From: the human T2T-CHM13v2.0 reference genome, Homo sapiens
Strand: one strand, 5' to 3'
Assembly (NCBI RefSeq): GCF_009914755.1
Contig: NC_060926.1
DNA: 64,000 nt
A program made the translations under genes and the position numbers. Below the pieces are notes generated by a model. The model was not told the origin of the DNA and made no database searches. It was given only the letters and a program-made list of their open reading frames with translations. Numbering within the stretch: the stretch's first letter is position 1; the number at the start of each line of letters is the position of its first letter. Shown in pieces: positions 15,901 through 37,382 of the stretch.

Positions 15901-17279
15901 AGAACAAAATGAGGATAAATGCCCCCAGGTAAATGAACCCAATCCACTTCTCCATTCTGCTCTCTGATCTTCCTAACTCGTAGCCTGAACCTCAGTTACA
16001 CTTTTCTACCCGCTGTACCAAAAGTCATAAGTCTTTCAACTCTGACTGCAGAATAGAATAACTTGAAAAAAAATTAAATATCACTGTCTCAACCCCAGCC
16101 TCTGAGATTCTGACTCAGTGGACCTGGAGTGGGGAAGAACTGCATGACTGTGCACCAGCAGAGCCCGTGCCAATGGCAAGGATCTGGCTGGGCAGGGGAA
16201 GCCCCCAGCACAGGCATGGCTTGTTTAAAGCACTCCAGGTGATTCCCATATACAGCCACGACTGAGGGCCACTGTCCTATAGATCAGGTTCCCTGCCACT
16301 TTGCATTAGCACATGATTTGCCTCCTCTGTGGAATACATCCATCTGTCCTGCCCATCAGCATGTCATGCAGTCCCACCTTCAAAGCCCATCTCAGATGAG
16401 CCTTTGCATGAAGCTTTTTAAGTCTGCCCTCAACCCCATCCCAACCAGGTCCACATGTCTGTCCTTTGAAGACCAGTGGCTGTGGGATTTTTTTTCCTCT
16501 TTACTTTATATGAGAGTTGGTGACCCAGGCAGCTTTTTCACACAACGGTCTCCAATGATGCTATAGGCATGTACAAGTGAAAGACCTGAGTCCTCTCATC
16601 CAACTTCCCACTCAGTGCAGGAAGCGCAGGCTAGGGCGATACTAGGTCAAGTGTCTCTGGTGCCACAGACTTGCATCCTGCCACCACTTTTCCAAATTAA
16701 AAAGGCTGGAATTGATTCCAGTTCAAATTCTAAACCCAGCCTCCTTACATCTTCCTAGCTATTTAACTTCACATTCCTTTAAAATGTTTTGTAGAAAATC
16801 AATTCTATAATCATGTTGTAGAAGAGCAGTGTTTTGTTTAGCTGTTACATCTGAGTATTAATTAATTGTTACAAATCACAATCAATAAGTACAAATGCTG
16901 TGTTCAAAACAATTCAACATTTTCTGTGAAAACCTTGATTTACTTAGTTTTCAGGCCGTACTGCAAATACAAAGAATGTGCTTATTATTTTTTAAAAACA
17001 GCTTCTTTGGTTCTGGGAGATGAAGCAATATGACAATTTTTCATGCCAGTCCAGGGCTAGATCCTTCCTCAGTTTAATGGTAAATGAGGCAGCCTCATCA
17101 TCTTTTTTTTTTACCTTCCTTCTCCTCCTCAAACACTTTATATCCGTCTCACCTTGCACTGAAGCCTGTGTGCTAGGCTCTCATGCCATAATCACAATTA
17201 ACTGTTAACAGTGAGTGTGAACAGTGGCCACCTGCCCCTCATTAAGGTCCTCCATGCTTTTCTCACTGGTAATAAGTAT

Positions 17280-17480
17280 TCATTCTTCATCACATTGAGG
17301 ACACTGGCAGTTGTAAGATGCACCATTATTTTCTGTGCCACTAAGGAAGAAAAAAAATCGCTGATAAATAAACTGTGGCAAGCTGTCAACTGGAAGGTGT
17401 TGTTGATTGCAGTACACATCACAACGTCAGAGATGTTACTATAGGAAAATATGCATGTGTTGGAATCTATGAAATACAGC
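17280..17480 (-). mobile_element. MER104-like TcMar-Tc2 MITE
   Basis: GTAAGATGCACCATTATTTT.TGT.CCACTAAG ... CAGAGATGTTA ... GAATCTATGAAATACAG. Confidence 0.65.
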
Positions 17481-17962
17481 ATTCCACACCGCTATTGCCT
17501 CCTTCCTGTGAGCTCCACAGTGATCCTATTTCTGCCTCCAATTATTGTCTAAAGTGGATTCTGGACACCACAATCCTTAACTGTAGCTGCATCACCATCT
17601 TCCTCCTCTTATATCTGTAATATCTCATTAGGTTACCTTGCATCCAAAGAGAGATCTCTATTTGGATCTCTCCAAGGGGTAAATTTTCATTGACATGAGA
17701 AGCTTATCTTGTATGGTTACAGCATAGTCAAGGGACTAGAAGACATTGTCTTTGAAATAGTCAAGTTCATTGGCAACATGTTTCAGTCCTGGGGGAGTTC
17801 TGAAATACTCAATGACTTTTGGGAGAGTAGCTAAAGTTATTTACTATGACAGAAATGTTCATTACATTATTACTATTTTGAAATGTCACAAATTATTTTT
17901 TAGTTGAAAAAAGAGTAACATATAAAAGTGCATATTTATTTTCATGTTACCCACAAAGCTGA

Positions 17963-18316
<354 letters not shown>

Positions 18317-18644
18317 TAAAATAGTCAGAGACATTTAAAAAATACTGAGGACACAGGAATGTGTTTTACGTGATTTGACATGGAGGGGCGATTCCTAAAA
18401 ATAGAACTAGATGCCTATTCTAAGCAGCATGCTGCATCAGATGCTGCAAGCAGGCTTCAGTGCTGAGGCCATCACTTGGCAGCAAATTTAGATTTCTCTT
18501 TCCAAACTTAGGTCATGTTCTCTTTTGATGTTTATTATTTTTAAACTGTTTAATTTGCCCTCTACAGTGCTAATTTCTGGTAGAAGAAAAGTTTGAGAAC
18601 TTGCAAATTAAGTACTTTTTTTTCTTGCAGAAGATACCAGTGAG

Positions 18645-18820
18645 ATAGTCTACATTGTGGCTAGGAGTTGGAGACCTGGATTCCGTTCTAAACTCTTCCG
18701 ATTACAAGCTGTGTACCACTGAGAAAGTTGCTATGAGAACCTCAGTTTCCTCATCTATGTAATGGTGAAAATAATAACTATTTCATTTGGTTGTGGTGGT
18801 CATAAAATGGGTTATATAAT
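18645..18820 (+). mobile_element. MIR
   Basis: Core CCTCAGTTTCCTCATCTATGTAATGG. Confidence 0.7.
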
Positions 18821-18829
18821 CAGTAACAT

Positions 18830-19520
18830 CTGTCAACATCTTAAATGCACCTTATCTTTGGTTCAGTAATTCCAAATGTAGGAATTTGTATTACAGATAT
18901 ATTGGCACAATTGCACAAATGTTATTTATGGAAAGATTTGATATGCTTCTGAATGTGAAAAAAAAAACAGAAAGAGATTAAAAGGCCACCTATAATGTGG
19001 GGAAAATCTGGAAAAATGATATTTAATACATGAAAGCTCTTAAAATTAATTCAAGAAAAAATATCATATTAGAAAAATGGGCAAAGAATATAAGTATTTA
19101 GATAATTAAAGAAGAAATTTAGTTGATTGCTGTGTTAATATTTACCAGGAATAAACAAACACGCACAAAAAATATAAAATAACTATATACCATTTGTTCA
19201 TTATAAAATGAGCAAGATTTATAGAGATAATAATAGTCAGCATTTGCATGTGGAACTAGATTTCTCATGCTCTGTTGATGGGGCTATAACCCGCATAAGC
19301 ATTCTGTATCATATTTTAACAATATGTAAACATCTTAACTTTGTTTTCCCCCTGGTAAAATAGTTCCTCTTCTAGGAATTTGTCTGAGGAAATAAATACA
19401 TATGTACTCAGAGAAGCACGTACTTCAAAACAGCATTGACAATAGAAGATAAAAAGAAACAAGTGAAATGTGTAATAAGAAATTGGTTCAGAAAGGATTA
19501 TGTCAATCATGAAAATACAC
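18830..19520. mobile_element. Old L1M (L1ME/MC) fragments
   Basis: AT-rich; AGAAAAATGGGCAAAG, CTTCTAGGAATTTGTCTGAGGAAATA resemble degraded L1 ORF2 end. Confidence 0.5.
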
Positions 19521-19524
19521 AAAA

Positions 19525-23920
<4,396 letters not shown>

Positions 23921-24079
23921 CAATAATTCCAATTTTTAAAAAAGCAATTAGTTCAATAGATTATATTGAAACACTATTCAGCCACTTAAAATGATGCCAC
24001 AGAAAGTACTTGTTGATGAGAAAATATGTCATAATTTATTCATGAAAAAAAGAGGAGGAGTTTCCAAATCTGTGCATGG

Positions 24080-24430
24080 GCATAGCCCTCCCTGCCCCAG
24101 TGCCTTTGCCCAGGCTGTTTGCTTCAACTGGGAGTAGTCTTTCCCCTCATCTCTCATCGTTACTGTGACTCTTTGAGATCTGAGCTCGCTCCCTGAAATC
24201 CAGGCTACGAAAGCTTCCTATTTCACATGCTTGCTGCATTCTGTATGTCTTCTTGGAGGCATGTTACATAATAGTTATTCAATAATCATTTCATCAATTG
24301 GTTTTGATGAGTGACTCCTTCCGGAGCACAAGCTCTAGCAGGGAAGACAGAAGCTGGCTCCGTTTCTCTCTGGAGTAGCCCAGTGTCCACAGTTTAGCAG
24401 GCATGGAGGAGATGAACATTAACATGATTC
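24080..24430 (+). mobile_element. L2 fragment
   Basis: GCCTTTGCCCAGGCTGTT ... AAGCTCTAGCAGGGAAGAC ... GCCCAGTGTC. Confidence 0.45.
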
Positions 24431-24489
24431 ATTCCAGGGAGGAAAAATCTACGTGTGTAACAAGAAAATACTTGGAAATATCACTCTGT

Positions 24490-25380
24490 GTTTTCTCTCA
24501 CAAAGTTTTCATTTTTTTTCTGTGCTATTCTTGCACATCTTTTGTTTAATTCATTAGTGGGTATGTTCTTTTTTTTACTATTTTAGGTAATATCTTCTTT
24601 CTTAAATTATATTTTCTGTTTGTTGTTATTGTTATATAGCACTGAAATCTTTTAAAATATACAACTTTTATTTGGCAACTTGATGAACACTCTTTATTAT
24701 GTAGACTTCGATATTATATGTCAAGAATGACATTTTTTTCTTTCAAATCCTTATACTTGGTATTTGTTTTTCTTGTTGCGTTGGCTAGGACTTCTAGTAC
24801 AATGTGGATTACAAAAAGTGAGAGTGAACATTCTTGCTTCTTCCTGATTTTAAAGGAATATTTATATTATTTCATCACTAAGTATAATTTTTGCTATAGG
24901 TTTTTGATACCTATACTTTATCACTTATGCTAAGAGTTTATATAATAATTAGGTGTTGAGTTATAATATATGCTTTTGCAGTCACATATTAAAATGATCT
25001 CTGGTTTTTTCTTAATCTGTTAATATAGTAAAATAATAGAATCTACGTTTATGAGTTTGGCCTATATTTCTTCATTCTTGTACTTTTCCTGTCAAATTTT
25101 AGGGTCAATGTTATGCTCACCTCAAATATGAGCTGGGAGTGATCCTTTATTTTCAGTTTTCAGAAAAAGTTTGCATAAGATTAGGATTCCTTGAATACAT
25201 GGTGGAACCTACATGTAAAACCATATGGGATTGGTGTTCATTTTGTGGGGGGATTTTAAACTACTGATTCAATTTCCTTAACAAGACATTCCAGTTTTCT
25301 ATTTCTTTTTTGTCAGTTTTTGTGATTTTATGTTTTATTGCTTTTCTTTTTTCTTTATTATATTTTATGAGTTCTTTTCA
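24490..25380 (-). mobile_element. Old L1M ORF2 fragments
   Basis: TTGGCTAGGACTTCTAGTACAATGTGGA...GTGAGAGTGAACATTCTTGC is antisense L1 ORF2. Confidence 0.7.
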
Positions 25381-25927
25381 GAATATTCATGTGGGAAAGG
25401 AAGAGTGGTGTGAACTAGCAAAATTTGTATCTTAATCAAAATGAAGGTCTTTATAATGCACAATTGATTGTGTGTGTGAGAGAGAGAGAGAACAGAGAGA
25501 GAAAGAGAGACACACGTGGTGGGGGAAAGCAGGTGTTATTGTAATCTTTACTTTTTCAGCCCACGGAAATCAGCAACTCTAGAGCTAGTCACAATTCAGA
25601 CTCTGTGTCCTTTATCCAGCCTTACTAACAGCCTGCTTCCTACAAGGATGGCATGTTCATATGCTCTCTCCATCACTGTCTTCATCTGGGACACAGGCAG
25701 GCCCTGTGAGGAGCTGTCAGTTTCCCTCCCGCACTTACACACTGTGGAGACTCACGCTCTGCTAACCTTGCCTGAGGCATCGTGTCTCTGTGTCTTCTCC
25801 CACTCCTGATTCATCTTCAATGCACTTTTTAGGTCTTGATTATAAATTTTAAGTGGGATTTACTGATGTTGTCTACTTTCTTTTAAAAAGTGTCTTATAT
25901 CAGTTCTCCTATTGTTTGGGAGATTTG

Positions 25928-25966
25928 CAAGGGGAGAATGGAGTACAAGGGGAGAATGGAGTACAA
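25928..25966. repeat. 18-bp perfect tandem duplication
   Basis: CAAGGGGAGAATGGAGTA x2 plus CAA. Confidence 0.9.
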
Positions 25967-26481
25967 ATTCAGAACATCACCTTAAAACTGTATGTCACAG
26001 TCTGTGTTCTTAAAAAAAAAATCTTGCATCCAAATAGTATGCCTTGGTCTTGGCACTCCTTTCATACACTATTTGCCCCAATATTTGTGACCAGTTCTCC
26101 TTTTGCACTACTCTGTCATTACAAGTACTGTGATGAGGTTTCTATTTGCCTTCTCACATTGCCTGTCCCTCTGAGAAGTACTAAATCACATAATAAATTC
26201 CTTCAACCTTTCCTACTTGCCTTCTTTATTTACAAACAAACATTGAAGCATCTGCTGTGCTGATGAATCCTTCCTTTTCAACAGTTCAGATGCTAAAATT
26301 TGACCAAAGATGACAAGGGGAAATCACACCAGTGTTTTTCCCCATGAAGAGTACTAAGAAATGCAAAAGGCTTGAATCCTAACCATCTGGTTTCAAATTC
26401 TATTTCCTCCACTTACAGCCGTGGGATCTCCTTTAGGTCCTTTATAAAAAGTTTTCTGAGCCTGAATTTACACAGTTGTAA

Positions 26482-26814
<333 letters not shown>

Positions 26815-27629
26815 TGATGAGGATTAAGTGAGGAAAGTCTGTACAGCGTCTAGCACGTAGGTGCTCAGAAACGTTCCCCTTCTTTTGTGTTGTCACACCT
26901 CAGTAATTCTGTAATACATTCTAAAGGACAGCCTTACGCTGTCCTTTCCCTAGCTATGGAGTTTAGCATCTCCCTGTGCCTTCATGTGCACCCAGATATG
27001 AATGAGTTAGCAAGAGCACCAAGGAAAGGAAAGCCCGAGACCCGGACATGCGAAAGGAAAAGCGCAGCTGAGAAGCAGGGGAGGGATTCTGAAGTTCCCA
27101 CCGCCTCTGCCCAGGAGCTCATTCTGCCTGAAGGGACACAGGGGAACGTAGGGAGCAGACCCTTCTTCTGCAATCTTTGCAAAATGAATTTATCAGTAAA
27201 AGTCATTTTATAGAACAGCCAAAGACTCCCCACAGATTCAATTATATGGAATAGAATCTGCTGGTGAATGTAAGAAAAGTGTTGCCTGAACTGCGAAGGG
27301 AAAATAAATGATTTAATTCCCACCACCTCTCAACAGCTACCTTCTGTTTTAGAGACACTGGTAAAACTTCTGGGGCTCTTACTTGACATACCTACATCGT
27401 ATTATAGGCCTATTGGTTTTATCAGAATAATATGCTTTCCTCACATAAGTTATTTCTTTCTGTTACTTGCTTGCAGTACAGATTTAAAGGGGCATTCAGG
27501 CAGCCTCCAGATGCCATGATGGATTAACTCTCATGTTACACAGTAATGTAGAAGCTTCTCTTCATTCTCAGACTTTATCTGACAATCACTCCTGTATCCC
27601 CACCCGCAGCTGAACTTAACCTGAGTTGT

Positions 27630-28092
27630 TTTGTTTTGCTTGTTATTGTAGTGAAATATACATAACATAAAATTTGCCATCTTAACCATTGTTAACTCTC
27701 CAGTTTTATGGCATTAAGTGCATTCAAATTACTGTGAAACCATCACCACCATCAATCTCCAGAACTTTCTCATTTTTCCCTACTGAAACCATACATGTTC
27801 AACCCTAACTCTCCATCCCTCCTCCCCGCAGCCCCTGGCAGCTACCATTCTACTCTCTGTCTCTATGAATCTGACTGTCCTAGGGACCTCATATAGGTGG
27901 AATCATACCTCTTATTTGTTATCCTGTGACTGGATTATTTCACTTAGCGCAATGTCCTCAAGGTTCATCCAGGTTGTAGCCTGTGTCAGAATCTCCTTCC
28001 TCTTTAAGACTGAATATTTCATTATGGGTATAGACCAATGGACATTTGGGCTGTTTCCAGTCTTTGGCTACTGTGAACAGCCTGCTATGAAA
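27630..28092 (-). mobile_element. L1MB 3' end
   Basis: AATATACATAACATAAAATTTGCCATCTTAACCATT ... CTACCATTCTACTCTCTGTCTCTATGAAT ... TTTCACTTAGCGCAATGTCCTCAAGGTTCATCC. Confidence 0.85.
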
Positions 28093-28734
28093 CATCACCT
28101 GACAAAAGTTCACTGGGTGACTGGTGTTTAACTACATGGAACATGGATGTGATTGAGCTCAGAGGACCACTAGGAAGAGATTCAGCTGTTTCTGAGCCTC
28201 TGTTCTTAGCCACTGCATTGACTCATCACTGGTCTGTTCCCAGTTTTCTTTTGGAAATTATTATAGGAGGAAATTATCTGGGGGAGGCTTAATGGAGGTC
28301 TACCATATAGTTGTGTACAACACTATCAAATAGCAGAATCAGCTAGAATTCACCGCAGAGGCATTGTCACGTTTGTCACCCAGGAGATACTGAGAACATT
28401 CAGACCAAACTTTAACAGCTAACATATTGGATATGAAATTCTCAGTGTGTCCTACCTCGATTCTGGCCATTTACCATTGTGGTTTAGGTTTATATTCTCT
28501 TTTAAAAGACAAAAATCAATTACAAAACTATAGCCTCCCATGTTATGGTCTGGTCAAATAGTACCCAAAGCCAAAAAGCAATATTAATATGAATCAGAAT
28601 CCAAATGTTCCAGAAAGAGAGTCTTGTTTTTGGGGGCATTATAGAGATATGTTTAAAAGGTTGGTGATTTGGACTTTATTATATGCAATCAAGGCTTATG
28701 TGGAGAGCAAAGTCTGGGGTAGCAGAGATTTTAT

Positions 28735-28930
28735 TAGCTAATATTTGTGTAATCTAGGCAGACTTTGTATCCTTGCAACAACTCTGTCAGGTGATTTTTA
28801 TTATCTAAATCTTACAGATAAAGAATCAGACACTCCTAGTGATTAAGTGATTTCTCTAGTTTACACAGCTGGTAATTGGCAGGGCTGGGATTCTAGCCCA
28901 GGTTTCTCTGATTCCAAAGCCAATTTCTTT
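28735..28930 (-). mobile_element. MIR
   Basis: TTACAGATAAAGAATCAGA ... ACACAGCTGGTAATTGGCAGGGCTGGGATTC. Confidence 0.7.
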
Positions 28931-29000
28931 CCCACCTTTAATCAAGTGCTACTGGATTTACAAAAGGTAAAAGAAATTCACAGTCTATGCTTACATGGAC

Positions 29001-29575
<575 letters not shown>

Positions 29576-32313
29576 GAGAGATGATTCCCCTGTCAAGGGG
29601 GAGCAGTGAGTCATCTGCTGTTCACTGCATTTGGGTACCAAGCAGAGCAGATGGGAATGGCAGGGAGTGCAACACAGGTAGTGTGATACAAATGCTGGCC
29701 AGACAGTATTTTGATCCCAAAGAATTTTAGCTCATTTAAGATTGCATTGCGAGTTTCACACGGGTAAGAGTGTTAACGCTGATCTAAATTTTAATTTAGC
29801 CAATTTTCCTCCTCCTCCTTCCCCACCCCAGCTGTCACTTCCTGCAGCGAGTTACCTCAGGCATCTGGCATTTATTGAATAGATACCACCTTCCATGTTT
29901 GAGGAATGCCAGTTTCATCAGCAAACACTCTCCTGTGGTCTTTTCCTGTGTGTACTCATGCTGGAATTTCTGGACACAGATTTTGCTTTTGTTCATGCAC
30001 AGAGCTTAAGAGGGATCCCTAGCCAAGGAGACAATGCATAGGGACTACTGATAGAGCCATCAGATTCCTGCTGTTCGTTGACATTCTCTTGAGCATCAGA
30101 AACAATAAGATAGAGAAGTTCAAATGTTTGAACAAGATTCAGAGGCAATTTTTAGTGGGTCAGATGTCAACAGTGGTAAAAGAGATGAATATGGGGTCTT
30201 GATATTTCAAAACCATACAGACCTGAGGAGGTCTTTACAGAAATGCACTGAAATTTAACACCTTCCAGCAGAGCAGGAGCTGACTTTGACATCCTGACAT
30301 GCCTCTGTTGAATGATTCAAGGTATTGACTCACCCATGCTGCTTGAGCAAAGTGGCCAGATGTGAGCTGGCGAGGTGCTTGGCAGAGAGCGTAAATGATG
30401 AAATTGGAAGGAAAGCATTTTCTGGGGTCACTCCGTAGGGCTGGGGCTCAACAGAACAGAGGAGAGGACCTTTGGATACACAATACTTGTCCTGACAATC
30501 CTGCTGCAAAGCTAGCTTCCAGGAATGCTTTATTTCAGTTGTGCCATGTGTTTGCAATGTCACTGTGAGTCTAATAGTCAAACAGGAAGGGTGAAAATAG
30601 CTGTGTTACAGTCACAGTGAATTAAGATCTTTGCATGTGCCTAGTCAACAGGGCTGACTCAGCAGAGGCTACTTGTATATTTAGGAACTGGGTGTCCTTT
30701 GATAGGGACTTTCACATCCACAAAGACAGAGGTAATATGAACGGATGGGCATTCGCAGGAGGGTAGCATGGTGCAGTAGGGAGAGCCCGGGCAGCCTCTC
30801 CAAAACCTGTCTCTCCTGGTTATAGACTGTGCCATGTCAGGGTCCAAGCACCTCACCAGCTCACATCTGGCCATTTTTCTCAAGTCTCCCTGATTTCTTC
30901 CTCACTGTTAGAGGAGGATGTTCACCTCCATTCTCACCTCCTCGGACTGTCAGGTAAATAGACACAAGGTGCCGAGGCTCCCAGCTTGCATTCTGTAACT
31001 ATCAGTTGTCATCATACAAACATTCAGCCCGGTTATTTGAGAACCAGGTGAGTGTTAAGCATCTCTGATATCAACAAAATCTTTTACAAACCACCTCAGG
31101 GTATGGATTTCTTGTATCAATAACACGTCAAATAGTATATAATATTCCAACGATAAGAAGGGAAATTAATATTTACTGTGAGCATAATGGGTCAGGCACA
31201 CCTGTGTTCCAAATGCTCAAAGTCCTTGCACACATGCACAAGCCCGATGACAGTTTGTATTACCCCTAGTTTTAAAATAAAGACACAGAGGGCCAAATAT
31301 TAAGAAATGTGTCTTGGGTCACAGAGGGCAAGAATTTGAAGCCAGGACGACTCATCCTAGACACCCTGGAGTTCTGTCACACTCCCTTTGACATGTTCTC
31401 ATGCACATTTTCCCCCAGACCCACCTACCACCCTGGGTCCCAACCAGCCACCAGACAGGTAAACAAGTTGGGGCTCAGACTTCTCTTTTTACCATATGCT
31501 CAGAAACAAATCCGTCACAACCTCTTAAGCTCTGCTTGGGGGAATGGACCTTTCTGTCTAAGAGCTCAAGGTTTCATTTTGCAGAAAACACACAACTATC
31601 ATTTTCGATTCGTTTATGAGTTGGCTCATCTCCAAATGCCATCAGAACGTTAAATCCCCAGCATTTCAGTGGAGGTCGAAGGAAGACAATCCCAGCGGTA
31701 CTTTCATTATAACACAAATCTCTAGCAGGTGTATGTCAACTAAAAAGCCAACAGCCAGGTCAGACTGTTACAATCAAGCTCTCTGCAGTTAATTTGGAAG
31801 GAAAGAAAAATAATGTACTTTCAATAGGTAAATATGATGTTTGAACAATGTAACTCAACTACAGAATTCCTCAAAAATGCAGAAGACAATCAGAAGCCCA
31901 TACCATGGCACAGCTTCTATCATTTGGTGATATTTACCTTTGTGTGTCTTCAGTCCTTTCATTGACAAACATGTAAGAAGATGAGGGAGGTGGCACTTGG
32001 CATTAGGGAAGCCTGACAGCCTGAAAGAAGGCTGCCAATGTGGGGGACACCCAGGCTATTTAGAGGAAATGGGGGAGATGGGTCTGGGTGAGTTGCAGAG
32101 GGTACAATGGGGACAGTGGCCTAGGTGGAGCTGGAAAGGAGCTCAGGGAAAAGGAGTAGTGTTCACTCTGCCAGCCCATTTGATGCACCGTAGACACAGC
32201 ACCCAGGGTACAGACTCATCTGGACCTTTGAGACCCAAAACTGTAGGACTGTCTCTAAAATAAAAGGAAAACTGCAATGGAAGCAAAGAACGTAACGTAA
32301 TGCTAAGGAGTCA

Positions 32314-33520
<1,207 letters not shown>

Positions 33521-34364
33521 GCAAATTAATTTGGCAGAAGTGTGGAAGATTTATTGGAAAAGGATAAGGCGTATACAGGTAGAGATAGGTACCTGAAATT
33601 CAAGATCATGCTGAAAAGACAGAACTGGGCTGAAAATATGGAGTGGACAAAGTAGGCATGGAGAGTGTGACAGCAAAATTAATGTATGTGCAGTGTTGAA
33701 TCTTGCTTTTTCCACTTAAAAAAAAATCAATCTTTTTGCTATTTGTTGCAGTTTTCATAAGCATTATTTTAAATGACTGAATTCCCCTAAATGGATACAT
33801 AATAACCATTTGTCTTTCGTTGGGCATCTTGATTCTAATTTTTCATTATTATTAACGGTATTGTTATGAATATCTTCATGCATATAACCTTTGCTATATT
33901 TTGGATCATTTCATTATAATAGATTGACAAAGGCTAGAAAAAAATAGTTTTATGGGTCTCCTGAAGGGTTATACCCAACTTCACCATTTCAACCTTGTTG
34001 GAACATATGCATTACACCATATTATTATCAACATTGCCAATTAATATATGGAAATGTTGGCATGGTGTTTTCAATATGTATTTCCTTTTCTGTATGATTT
34101 TTATTTGTATCCTTTCCTCATTTATTTACTCGAAGCTTACTGTTTTTGTTTTATCAGTTCATATTAATTATTTGCCAATCTGAGAGGTTAAAATGCTATT
34201 TTAATTTGTCATTTCTTATTAAGAATAAATTAATGTTCTGGTATATGCTTAAGAGCTATTCCTGTTTCCTTTCCTATGAACTGTCTGTTTCTTTTGTCTG
34301 TGGCTTCTGTTTTTTATATTCAATTATTAATTCCATTTCATAATTACTTTGCTATACGATGCTA

Positions 34365-34690
34365 AGAGTTGTTAAGGGAGGAGGTCAGGGCAGGATAGGA
34401 GGCTCTGTTCCATAAGATCATCCAGGGATCCAAGCCCCTTCCCTCTAACTGCTCTGTCATCTCCCACATTTTTGTCCTCATCGTCATGGCCACTGCTGGT
34501 TTGCCACTGGCAAGTCTGAATTCTAGGTGCTCTGCCATGGGAAGGCAGAAAGAATGAAGACCATGCAGTTTCCTTTTTAAGAAAGTACCCAGGAAGTTGC
34601 ACTGTTTACCTACCTGCCAGAAAGCAGGAGGAATGCAGCTGGGCATTGAGGTGCCCTACTAAAACCCAGAGGTTTATTGTTAAAGAGGAA
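34365..34690 (-). mobile_element. Ancient MaLR LTR (MLT1J/K-like) within old L1M fragments
   Basis: CCAGGGATCCAAGC ... TTTCCTTTTTAAG ... GGAATGCAGCT. Confidence 0.45.
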
Positions 34691-34858
34691 TAGGGGAATG
34701 AATACTGGGGAAATTACAAGTCATTGCTATAAGATGTAAGTGAATTTTTCCCGGCAAAGTGCCAAACACTTATTCCAACACAATTTATTAAACAAGACAC
34801 TTTCTCCATTGTTTACAGATTATCCTCTCTTAATATACTATTGATTCCAATAAAAGAG

Positions 34859-35192
<334 letters not shown>

Positions 35193-36811
35193 TCATTACT
35201 TGTTAATATTTATCAGAGGAATATATAGCTTGTCAATTTACCAAATTTTGCATAATACTGTTGAGTCACCTGAATCAAATTATTTAGGTTGTCAAAGAGA
35301 GAACATTTACCTTTTTACAGATGCATCAGCAAAAGCAAAACATTATTTTAATCTCAGCGGATAATAATACAGACTTGAAAGACACTTTAAGATTCCAAAC
35401 CTATCTTGCCAAGAAAATAATAACATTAATAAAATAAATGTGGTACCATATTTAGGGTAGGTATTAGATCCTCTATTTGAGCCTTGAGTAAAAAAAAAAA
35501 AACATGAAACAAAGACATGTGCAGATAGGCTACATTAACTTTCTAAATGTGAGTGAATCGAGGTATCATTTCCCTTTACACTGAAAACGGTATTAAGGAA
35601 TGGTGAGAGATTAATAAAATTTAAAACTTCCATAGCAGAGGTGGTAGGGGTTGATAAAAACTAATAGAAAGTTGTGTTTCTCCTGCGTTGCCAGGGTTCA
35701 TGTCCGTCTCTAGTGGTTTCCAGAGTTCCTGCAAAAAAAACACCATCTTTGCCAGTGCTTGCCATCTTTGCCTGGGATGGGGGACACACTGGTTCTGGAA
35801 ACAAAAAATCTTGACATATTGGTTGGGTTGATATGTGGGCTGAGACTGAACATTATAAGAGCTTTAAAGTAAAGGTCTATTACCTGAGATGAGCTAACTA
35901 AAATTTTGAAAAATGTAACTTTGTGGACTTATCTCTTTATTAAGCCTGTTAAGATTTTCCTTGTCTCCAGTCTGGACAAATGGCTTTCCAGATCCTAAAG
36001 TCACTCCTTTAGAAAGACTTTGAGCTGTCATCCAATTCATCTTGCTGCTGTAAGGCAGAATCATAATTAAACTGCTCAGAGAAATGGGAATCCATGTTCA
36101 CTTTAACACTCTTCAGTGAAGACTAGTTTGTGAGGACTTTATCGACAGGTCTCCTCACTTAGGGATGCATCAAGCTCCAGGTGGCTGGAATGAGAGACAG
36201 GCAGAAAAGAGCCCTGAAGGACAAGGTCTGGGGAACCTGGATGTCCTCAGGAAGGCTTTCTGACTGTGTCCCTCCCTCAAGCAGAGGAAGCAGCTCAGAC
36301 ACGAGAGCTGTGGGCCAGCAGGGTGACCCCCACGTGGACTGAATAATTTTCACAATGGCAACTCAGAAGATAATTTCCAGGCTGGATACATCACAGCTCC
36401 TGTAACTTCCTGCCCCTCCCACTGCCTAAATTAGAAGGGTGCCCAGCGCTGCTCCAGAGCCTATAGATGACTGTGCCAGAGTATTCCCGTGGTTTCTAGC
36501 ATAACACCGCCAACGTGATCAGCTCTTTAAGACAGCACAAAAAAAGGAAGGGGTGGTCACCCTGAGCACTTCTCTTCCTCCACCTGCTGCAGAATAGTTC
36601 CTATCTCTGCTCAAATAAGTGGATGAAGTTGGGCAGATGTAAAACTGATATGGCACAGTGGAGGCCCATGAGACAGGGTGACAGAGGGGATAAGAGGAGA
36701 GTCGGAGGAGGAAGAAGGGGGTCTTCACCTACTTTAGATTTCATTTGAAATTTTAGAAAATTTAAGCAGCTAAACACAGAACCTTACATTAAATGAATAT
36801 AATACTTATTA

Positions 36812-37116
<305 letters not shown>

Positions 37117-37137
37117 TAAAATCCTGAGGGAGGAATA

Positions 37138-37382
37138 CAGTCGTCCCTACGTATACTCAAGGGGTTGGTTCCAGCTTCCCTGAATATAACAAACTCAGTG
37201 CACTCTCAGGTTCCACAGATGGTCCCGTGGAACCTACCTTAAGGAAGGGTCGGCCCTCCCTCTGCATTATGTGGGTTTCACATTTCCGTGGATATTGTAT
37301 TTTCTATCTGGGTTTGATTGAAAAATATCCAGATATAAGTGGACCCGTGTAGCTGAAACCTGTGTCATTCAAGAGTCAACTG
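37138..37382. mobile_element. MER8 (Tigger-family MITE)
   Basis: CAGTCGTCCCT ... GTGGACCCGTGTAGCTGAAACCTGTGTCATTCAAGAGTCAACTG, flanked by TA on both sides. Confidence 0.8.

Noticed and set aside
26870-27620. Unique segment with 108/114-aa ORFs, an acceptor-like TTGCAG and a small hairpin ATTCTCAGA-CTTTA-TCTGACAAT
   Set aside because: No recognisable protein or RNA family, and the stem is too short to be significant; no support without expression data.
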